DNA from: Rikenellaceae bacterium
GTDB taxonomy: Bacteria > Bacteroidota > Bacteroidia > Bacteroidales > Rikenellaceae
Length of the DNA stretch: 64,000 nucleotides
NCBI GenBank assembly: GCA_015059715.1
Contig: SUZV01000003.1
Span: 33,544-97,543, forward strand
Direction: 5' to 3'
A program made the translations under genes and the position numbers. The number at the start of each line of letters is the position of its first letter. The stretch's first letter is position 1. Under the pieces are notes generated by a model. That model made no database searches and had not been told where the DNA came from. It worked only from the letters and a program-made list of their open reading frames with translations. Shown piece by piece: positions 57,986 through 64,000 of the stretch.

Positions 57986-58050
57986 CTTTATTTTTTAGGA
58001 CATTATGACGTTAAGACCATAAGACATTAAGAGGTCGAGTATCATAACAA

Positions 58051-58157
58051 CGAATACCCTTAAACTACCCCTTAGCTCGCTACAAGCGAGCGAACTACCC
58101 TTTAGCAAGCTCTGCTTGCGCACTACCCTTTCCGCTTTAGCGGTGACCGCAAGGTCA
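58051..58157. repeat. Periodic (28-30 bp) ACTACCCYTT motif, each copy followed by a different short GC hairpin
   Basis: ACTACCCCTTAG at 58064, ACTACCCTTTAG at 58094, ACTACCCTTTCC at 58122, plus ATACCCTTAA at 58054. Hairpins are GCTCGC/GCGAGC, GCAAGC/GCTTGC, CCGC/GCGG and TGACC/GGTCA. Confidence 0.8.
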
Positions 58158-58183
58158 TCCACATTTGTTGTCAAAAGGGGTTA

Positions 58184-58269
58184 GATGTGACCTCGATAAA
58201 GAGATTGCCTCGAATGGGACATACTCGGTGTATTTCCCATTCGAGGCAATGATTGAGAGGTCGCAGATG
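58184..58269. repeat. REP-like compound palindromic element, copy B
   Basis: Inner 16-bp stem ATTGCCTCGAATGGGA / TCCCATTCGAGGCAAT. Shares the flanks GATAAAGA and AGAGGTCGCAGATG with copy A at 40872-40974. Lies 19 nt past the stop of the lipocalin-like gene. Confidence 0.75.
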
Positions 58270-58287
58270 CTGCCTTATAATCGAAAA

Positions 58288-58767
58288 TTATAGGTAGGGG
58301 GTAACATCTACAACTCCACGTGTCGCCGTAGCCTCCTCCTTAACATCCTCGGGAATGGTACATGCCTCATATACCGAGGTGATAGGATTAGCATCCTTGC
58401 TTACAAGAGTCAGCGTGTTGCCATCTGCTGAGACACCTCCTGTATACTCGCACTTCCACGCGCCAGCATCGAAGTAGCTACCCGACAAGGTGCCACCATC
58501 AACGTTATACTCGCCCTCGTAGAACTGATAATCGAGGGTATACATCTGCTGATAGAGGGCAAACAAACCTGTGCTGAAGCTGATGTATACGTTAAACTCG
58601 GCAGGCGCATCATTTACCGACACGAGCTTCCACTCCTTCTCTATATTCTCGAATGAGCCCGACTGGTCCACAGGCTTCTTATCGTTGTTATCATCACCCC
58701 CTTTATCGCAAGCTACAGCTGCCAATAGTACAACGAAAGCCAATGATAATGTCTTAAAGATCTTCAT
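58288..58767 (-). CDS. Lipocalin-like small lipoprotein (159 aa), partner B
   Basis: Lipobox AAVAC followed by DKGGDDNND. Contains YQQMYTLDYQFYEGEYNV and CTIPEDVKEEATATR. Confidence 0.6.
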   Translation of the reverse strand: MKIFKTLSLAFVVLLAAVACDKGGDDNNDKKPVDQSGSFENIEKEWKLVSVNDAPAEFNVYISFSTGLFALYQQMYTLDYQFYEGEYNVDGGTLSGSYFDAGAWKCEYTGGVSADGNTLTLVSKDANPITSVYEACTIPEDVKEEATATRGVVDVTPYL

Positions 58768-58798
58768 ATTTATATACTTTTTATCGTTCTACAACTTA

Positions 58799-60865
58799 TT
58801 ACAACCACGCTCCATTGTCGTTATTATCACGAGCCACGATGACAACATCCTTCTCCATAACCTTACCGCCTGGAGTGCCAACCTCGCCCTTCACGCCAGC
58901 AACATACTTAACGGTGATTGTACCTACACCAGCATTCTTGCACGTTAGATATATCTTATTGCTAAAGTAGTCAACCTTATCGATGCCCAAGCGGTCCTTG
59001 GTCTCGTCAGAGATTGAGTACTCAGCGTAGCTTGTCACCTTGATATTACCATCACCGATGAGTGAGCTAACGTTAATCTCGAGCTCCTGACCCACGATAG
59101 CAGGCACACAGATAGCACCACGCACGCTCTGGATGGCCATCAAGGCATCAATCTTACCTGTACCCATATTGCCCTTATAAGGGTCAAGCGACATGGTACC
59201 GCTCATATCTGCCCTATAGTAATCGTAGATATACTTGATACCTGTAAGCTTATCGTCGATATTACGTACCGATGATGTGATGATATCGTAGAGCTGGGTA
59301 TTAGTAAGCGTAATGCCATTCTCTACGGCATACGAGAGCACAAGAGCCGCAATACCCGACACATGAGGACATGCCATTGACGTACCCTGCATATAACCAT
59401 AGTCCGAACCATAAGGCTCATTGGTTATGGTATTTATAGTCTCCGAAGGCACTGTCGAGAGCACACAGCCATCATACTTATATTGACGGTTCTCAATTGC
59501 AAGGTCACCACCTGGGGCAGCAACATTACAGCCAAACTTATAGTTTGTATAAGTTGTTGGCAGACCATCGGGAGCATAGGCAGTAACGGCGATAAACTCA
59601 TTGTAGGCACCAGGGTAGTCAGCCGCTGCCTTAGCATCGTTACCTGCAGCGAAGATAGCCACGTTGCCATGCATTGCCGAGCAACCACTCTTGCTCACAA
59701 AGTAACGCAAACCAGCAAGCTCAACACCATAGTAAGACTGGTACTCGCCGTCCGACATTGTCTGACCCTCGCGGAGTGGATAGCCCCACGAGTTCTGTAT
59801 GATAGATGCACCCATATCTGCGGCATACTCAAAGCCCTTAGCATTTTGCGCCATAGAGCTATTGTTCTGACCGTCAAATATCTGAATAGACATAATACGC
59901 ACACCATCATTATTACCCGAGCCACCTGCTACACCTGCTACACCTACGCCATTGTTATTTACAGCAGCTACAGTACCTGCAACGTGTGTACCATGACCTG
60001 TATCACCATCCCAGAACGTACCATCATCGGTTTCAATAAACTTACCCTTGTCCCAAGAGATGTTACCATTTTCGGCAACACAGTTATAGCCGTGGATGTC
60101 ATCAACAATGCCATTGCCATCGTCGTCGACACCCTCAGCACCGCCCATCTCGGCTTCGTTTACCCACATATTGGCCGCAAGGTCAGGGTGGTTATACTTA
60201 ACACCCTCGTCCATAACAGCAACGACTACCTGACGACTACCTGTGGTATGTTTCCAGGCTGCATAGGCGTTGATATCCTCACCCTTAACCGAGTACTGGT
60301 AGATAGACTTCAAGCCAGGGTTGTCGTAGTGCCACTGCAACTCAAGCATAGGGTCATTAAAGGGGAGCTCCTCCGAGTTACGTGTTGTAAATTTCTCTGC
60401 TACAGGGTGTGCAGCCGAAACCTGTGGTCGCTGTACGAGAGTAGAGTACTGTACGCGCTTAACCTCGCTCAGTTCGGCAAACTTCTCGGCTACGGCTTCG
60501 AGCTTAGCCTCCTCGTCGAACTTAACGACATACCAGCGGTGAAGGCCCTTAGCACGCTTCTCGTCACCATTGATATTAAGGTTGAAGACTGGAGCGATAG
60601 AGGTTGCATCATACTCTACAGCTACAGCATCGAGAGCATCGTTACCCGAGCGTGTTGCGGTCTCTGCCGTAGCCCACAAATCTGCGGTCTGCTCATCAAC
60701 ATAGAGGATAAGCTCACCTGCTACAGCATTCTCAGAGGTGTTGATAATCTTCTTAGCCACACCACCCTGCTGCGATACAACGCCCTCATCCATTACTGGA
60801 TCGGCAACACAAGCTGCCGCGAGAAGTGCCACTAAGGCAAACAATAAAATTCTACCCTTGTTCAT
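58799..60865 (-). CDS. S8-family subtilisin-like serine peptidase lipoprotein (688 aa), copy B
   Basis: Lipobox LAAAC at ATG 60865. Catalytic motifs VAVMDEGV, HGTHVAGTVAA and GTSMACPHVSG. Confidence 0.9.
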   Translation of the reverse strand: MNKGRILLFALVALLAAACVADPVMDEGVVSQQGGVAKKIINTSENAVAGELILYVDEQTADLWATAETATRSGNDALDAVAVEYDATSIAPVFNLNINGDEKRAKGLHRWYVVKFDEEAKLEAVAEKFAELSEVKRVQYSTLVQRPQVSAAHPVAEKFTTRNSEELPFNDPMLELQWHYDNPGLKSIYQYSVKGEDINAYAAWKHTTGSRQVVVAVMDEGVKYNHPDLAANMWVNEAEMGGAEGVDDDGNGIVDDIHGYNCVAENGNISWDKGKFIETDDGTFWDGDTGHGTHVAGTVAAVNNNGVGVAGVAGGSGNNDGVRIMSIQIFDGQNNSSMAQNAKGFEYAADMGASIIQNSWGYPLREGQTMSDGEYQSYYGVELAGLRYFVSKSGCSAMHGNVAIFAAGNDAKAAADYPGAYNEFIAVTAYAPDGLPTTYTNYKFGCNVAAPGGDLAIENRQYKYDGCVLSTVPSETINTITNEPYGSDYGYMQGTSMACPHVSGIAALVLSYAVENGITLTNTQLYDIITSSVRNIDDKLTGIKYIYDYYRADMSGTMSLDPYKGNMGTGKIDALMAIQSVRGAICVPAIVGQELEINVSSLIGDGNIKVTSYAEYSISDETKDRLGIDKVDYFSNKIYLTCKNAGVGTITVKYVAGVKGEVGTPGGKVMEKDVVIVARDNNDNGAWL

Positions 60866-60906
60866 AGTTATTAAAAAATTAAAAATAATCATACCACTTC
60901 AAGATG

Positions 60907-60914
60907 CAAATATA
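60907..60914 (-). promoter_or_regulatory. Putative -7 promoter box for S8 copy B
   Basis: Minus-strand TATATTTGCATCTTGA about 41 nt upstream of ATG 60865. Confidence 0.5.
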
Positions 60915-61023
60915 AATAAAATTTTCGGTTATCGAAATATTTTAGCCTTTTCTCGAAAAAAAGTTGCATATATGCAAGGATGTTGGTTAGGCCAGTGTGG
61001 GTGGTGGTGCGAACACAAAACAA

Positions 61024-61048
61024 GCGGCCCACCCCAAGGGCAGGCCGC
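61024..61048 (-). terminator. Terminator after the 758-aa lipoprotein gene
   Basis: GCGGCC / GGCCGC stem followed on the minus strand by TTGTTTTGTG. Confidence 0.55.
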
Positions 61049-61073
61049 AAATAGTATTAAGGTTCTCTATTGA

Positions 61074-63350
61074 TTAGAAACCGAAAGTTGCGTTATTAAC
61101 GAGCACACGGTTAACTGGACCATTGTAAAGCTCAACGCGAACTGAAGCTACTGGAGCATCGTACTCAGCACCAAACTGAAGCTCTGCGCCAAGGCTCTTT
61201 GCAGATGCCCTGAATGCTGATGTTGTAGGCTCCTCTGTAGGCTCCTCTGTAGGCTCCTCAGCTGGCTCCTCAGTATACTCCAAAGTAGCATCTGGAGAGA
61301 AGTAGAAGTCATAACATACAAATGATTCATCCTCGAGCTTGAAGACACAGCTTGCGAAGTATGTCTCAAGACCAGTGAACTTATCATCAGTGTAAGAGAA
61401 TGTAAGGTCTGCTGGAGTCTCCAACTTAGCATCCGATGCAGCGAAGTAACCAAATGCCATGGTCTTAGCCTGGTCGTAGTAGAATGCATAGCTATTGAAG
61501 ATATAGTCCTCACGATCATTAACCTCCAAGCCATCGAATACAACGGTGTTAGTCTCAGCGTCAATTAAACCAAGGAACTGGAAGCCGTCAATCTCAACGA
61601 TAAGCTGACCTGCAGCAAGACCACCCATTAGGTTGAAGTCCAAGTCATACTCCTCGCTATCAACAGTCTCAGAGAGGTTGTATGAACCGAGTGCAAAGCC
61701 AGTTACATTAGGCAACTCCTTCTCTACGTATAATACCTGTGTATCACCATAGAGTGTCTGAACAGCTACGATAGCGCAAGATGTAGAACCTGAAGGCATG
61801 TTATATGGGCCCATAACTACTGAACCGTAGCCCTTCTCAGGATCATAACTCTTACGAATATTATCAAGAGCGCTCTTGAAGTCTTCGCCATAGCCAGCAA
61901 CAATCTGTGCATGAGTCATACCACTATTAGCAGCTACGTTAGCATCACCAATCCAAGCCTTGATAGATATAATCTCATGAGGATTACCAACGATACCAAG
62001 AGCTACAAAGTAAGCCTCTGGGAACTGCTCCTCATACTTATCATCACCAGTAACGTTAACTACTGAATCGTAGAACACCTTGATATCAGCCTTTGGAAGC
62101 TCACCGCCATCCTTGTGGAAGTAGAATGGATAAGTCAAAGCATCCTCAACCTTAGGCTCATCAGCATAAGGAACAGCTACGATAGTGTAGATACCTGAAG
62201 CGCCAAGGTCAAGCTTCCATGTAAGCTCGTCAGCAGAAGCCTCGAAGATAGTGATATCCTCGCTGCCAGCAACGATAGCCTCAATAGTATCAGCTGTATC
62301 TACAATATTACCCTCAAGAACAGTGAACTTGTATGACTCAACATCAGCACCTACTGCGAACTCGATAACAGCAGTAGTTGTGGTGTTGTCAGCCTCAGTA
62401 ACCATACCTGCATAAGCAGCAGAGATAGCGTAGTCCTTGATGTCGTAGCCAGGGAGTGCAAGAGCGAACAAACCTACCGTGTTAGCGTAGTTACCACGAC
62501 CATCTGGGATATGCCACATGATAGAGTTAGGTGTATTGAACCAGAATACGCCATTCTCGAACTTACCGTACATTGGTGTGTTCTCGTCAGCATATACCGT
62601 AGCAAGGAAGAAATCCTGTGGAGTACCACCCTGCTCAACAACGAGCTGGAAGCCAAGTGGACTTGAAGGAATCTCTACATTACCATTCTCGTCAACAACG
62701 AACTCAACGTAACCTGGGCCAGTGTAGGTCATATCTGAAGGTACACCACCGATGATGTAAGGACACATAGCCTGGCCATATGGATCAACCATACGATAAC
62801 GGTGTGGCTCAAGCTCGTGCTGAACAACCTCAACCTCGACCATTACGCCAGAAGGACCACCATACATTGGAGCGAGGAAGTCGTCACGATAGATACCCTT
62901 ACCCAAGCTAACCCAAGGCTCGGCTATACCTACTTTGAAGATGAACTGCGATGCACCATACTGTGAAGCCTGTGCCTGATCGAGCTGGATGTTCAAAGGA
63001 TACTTAACACCAGGAGCAAGATCCGAACCATTGAAAGTGATTACAAGCTCAGTCTCGGCCTGGCCTGCAGCAAACTTTACGCTGTTAGGTACTGTGAAGA
63101 AACCACATGACTCAACATCCTCAGAACGAAGGCTTATAGTAGCCTCTGCATCAACATTAAGACGTGCAACAGGAATAGCTACTGAGCTATCCTCGGCAGT
63201 AACTACAAGATCTGCAGTACTGGGGAAGTATACACCCTGGTTTGCATCCTTAGCTCCAGGTGTATAATCTGCATGCTCGTGTGTACACGATGCCAACGTG
63301 AAGACACCTACGACAGCAAGAAGCAGATATATAAAATTATACTTTTTCAT
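61074..63350 (-). CDS. Large surface lipoprotein (758 aa) downstream of SusD, in the position of SusE/F-like or surface-binding proteins; C-terminal (EEPT)n tract
   Basis: Lipobox TLASC at ATG 63350 (the TTG at 63359 is rejected). Multiple beta-sandwich-like modules. EEPAEEPTEEPTEEPT near the C-terminus. Confidence 0.65.
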   Translation of the reverse strand: MKKYNFIYLLLAVVGVFTLASCTHEHADYTPGAKDANQGVYFPSTADLVVTAEDSSVAIPVARLNVDAEATISLRSEDVESCGFFTVPNSVKFAAGQAETELVITFNGSDLAPGVKYPLNIQLDQAQASQYGASQFIFKVGIAEPWVSLGKGIYRDDFLAPMYGGPSGVMVEVEVVQHELEPHRYRMVDPYGQAMCPYIIGGVPSDMTYTGPGYVEFVVDENGNVEIPSSPLGFQLVVEQGGTPQDFFLATVYADENTPMYGKFENGVFWFNTPNSIMWHIPDGRGNYANTVGLFALALPGYDIKDYAISAAYAGMVTEADNTTTTAVIEFAVGADVESYKFTVLEGNIVDTADTIEAIVAGSEDITIFEASADELTWKLDLGASGIYTIVAVPYADEPKVEDALTYPFYFHKDGGELPKADIKVFYDSVVNVTGDDKYEEQFPEAYFVALGIVGNPHEIISIKAWIGDANVAANSGMTHAQIVAGYGEDFKSALDNIRKSYDPEKGYGSVVMGPYNMPSGSTSCAIVAVQTLYGDTQVLYVEKELPNVTGFALGSYNLSETVDSEEYDLDFNLMGGLAAGQLIVEIDGFQFLGLIDAETNTVVFDGLEVNDREDYIFNSYAFYYDQAKTMAFGYFAASDAKLETPADLTFSYTDDKFTGLETYFASCVFKLEDESFVCYDFYFSPDATLEYTEEPAEEPTEEPTEEPTTSAFRASAKSLGAELQFGAEYDAPVASVRVELYNGPVNRVLVNNATFGF
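61224..61271 (-). repeat. In-frame 12-bp tandem repeat (4 units) encoding EEP(A/T)
   Basis: TGTAGGCTCCTC x3 followed by AGCTGGCTCCTC on the plus strand. Confidence 0.8.
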
Positions 63351-63387
63351 ACTTTTCAATTTTTTCGTGTTTTGTTCCGACTAATTA

Positions 63388-64000
63388 CTACATATCCTGA
63401 ATAGCCATATAGATATCAGTTGGGTCAGGATTGTTCTTGTCAGCAGGAATACCCTGGTTTACCTGAGTCTCCGACTGAGGAACTGCTGGTGACCACCATG
63501 GCAAACGACCTGTAGACTTGAAACGTGCCTGAGGATCGTAGTTTACACTCTTAGTGCAGTCTACACCCATGTTAAGACGCTTCATATCGAACATAACGAG
63601 GCCCTCACCCCAGAACTCAATACCCTTCTGGAAGATAATCTCGTTGAGAACACCTGCCTCATCAGCAAATGGGCATACGTAGTTAGAGTCACGGTTAGCC
63701 ATGAACGCTACGAGCTTCTGCCATGCTGCATCAACACCCTGAGTGTGCAAGATTGCCTCCATCTCGATGAAGTACATCTCCTCGCAACGCATAACTGGGA
63801 TTGCAATAGCCGCAGCTGTCATAGCATCGTTACGGATACCCTGTGCAGGACGGAATTTGAAGAATGTATAAGGAGCAAACATATTGAAACCATCCTCATC
63901 ATAAGAGGTGTAAGGCATAAACTCAGCGTAAGTAGTCTCTGGACCGATAATAAGCTTCTTACGGAAGTCAGCATTACCAAGACGCTCGAAAGACTCTGAG
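63388..64000 (-). CDS. RagB/SusD-family outer-membrane nutrient-binding lipoprotein, C-terminal part (runs off the window)
   Basis: The frame is open to the window edge (SESFERLGNADFRKKLIIGPE...). SusD-type C-terminus with RCEEMYFIEMEA, FQKGIEFWGEGLVMFDMKRL and RLPWW. Confidence 0.85.
   Translation of the reverse strand, partial: SESFERLGNADFRKKLIIGPETTYAEFMPYTSYDEDGFNMFAPYTFFKFRPAQGIRNDAMTAAAIAIPVMRCEEMYFIEMEAILHTQGVDAAWQKLVAFMANRDSNYVCPFADEAGVLNEIIFQKGIEFWGEGLVMFDMKRLNMGVDCTKSVNYDPQARFKSTGRLPWWSPAVPQSETQVNQGIPADKNNPDPTDIYMAIQDM

Noticed and set aside
57890-58157. CRISPR-like array hypothesis for the octamer array and the 28-30-bp periodic motif
   Set aside because: The repeat units are only 8-12 nt and the spacers are 0-18 nt. 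No cas genes lie nearby and there is no leader-like organisation. This does not fit any CRISPR architecture.
59483-60835. 450-aa plus-strand ORF (and the similar 273-aa ORF at 56748..57569)
   Set aside because: Antisense to the two S8 peptidase genes. Composition is Cys/Ile/Leu/Arg-rich and low-complexity. The S8 frames carry the full Asp/His/Ser triad.
1-64000. Search by eye for rRNA, tRNA, tmRNA, prophage, integron, toxin-antitoxin or known defence-system genes
   Set aside because: I found no T-loop/acceptor-like tRNA signatures or rRNA-like segments, and no ORF resembling an integrase (other than the IS transposase), Cas, restriction-modification, Abi, retron RT, CBASS or similar components. 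The absence is based on manual reading only, and tRNAscan/Infernal/DefenseFinder-type tools should confirm it.

Overview
This window looks like a chromosomal segment of a Bacteroidota (Bacteroidales-type) genome. The evidence is many TAnnTTTG -7 promoter boxes, no Shine-Dalgarno dependence, numerous lipobox lipoproteins, a SusD/RagB homologue, a T9SS C-terminal sorting domain, and the DUF349 and DUF4290 families. I call about 58 protein-coding genes. I saw no rRNA, tRNA, CRISPR array, prophage or recognisable defence system by eye. Most of the window is housekeeping: thiL, aroQ, pyrG, yidC, hpt, queE, htrA, folA-thyA, lpxH, def, ruvX, glyQS, radC, rnc-fabF-acpP, pepE and waaA. Two fermentative modules are present, ackA-ptb-buk and an [FeFe]-hydrogenase hydA-hydE-hydG-hydF cluster. 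The accessory content is: (1) an intact 1172-bp IS1-family-like insertion sequence with 24-bp terminal inverted repeats and an 8-bp target duplication; (2) a three-gene surface-lipoprotein island that includes a collagen-like/BspA-type LRR chimera and an Ig-like/DUF1566 protein; (3) two paralogous small OMP beta-barrels plus a (GGDN)n-containing lipoprotein; (4) the most notable region, a minus-strand SusD-linked locus (52.7-64 kb). That locus consists only of peptidases and small lipoproteins: two tandem subtilase + lipocalin-like modules, and a T9SS-targeted C10 cysteine peptidase with a tiny lipoprotein. It contains an unusually structured 700-bp intergenic region with a 12x octamer array, periodic motif+hairpin units, and a REP-like palindromic element that recurs at 40.9 kb with a compensatory stem substitution. 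All functional calls come from reading the translated ORFs and recognising motifs. No database search was run.
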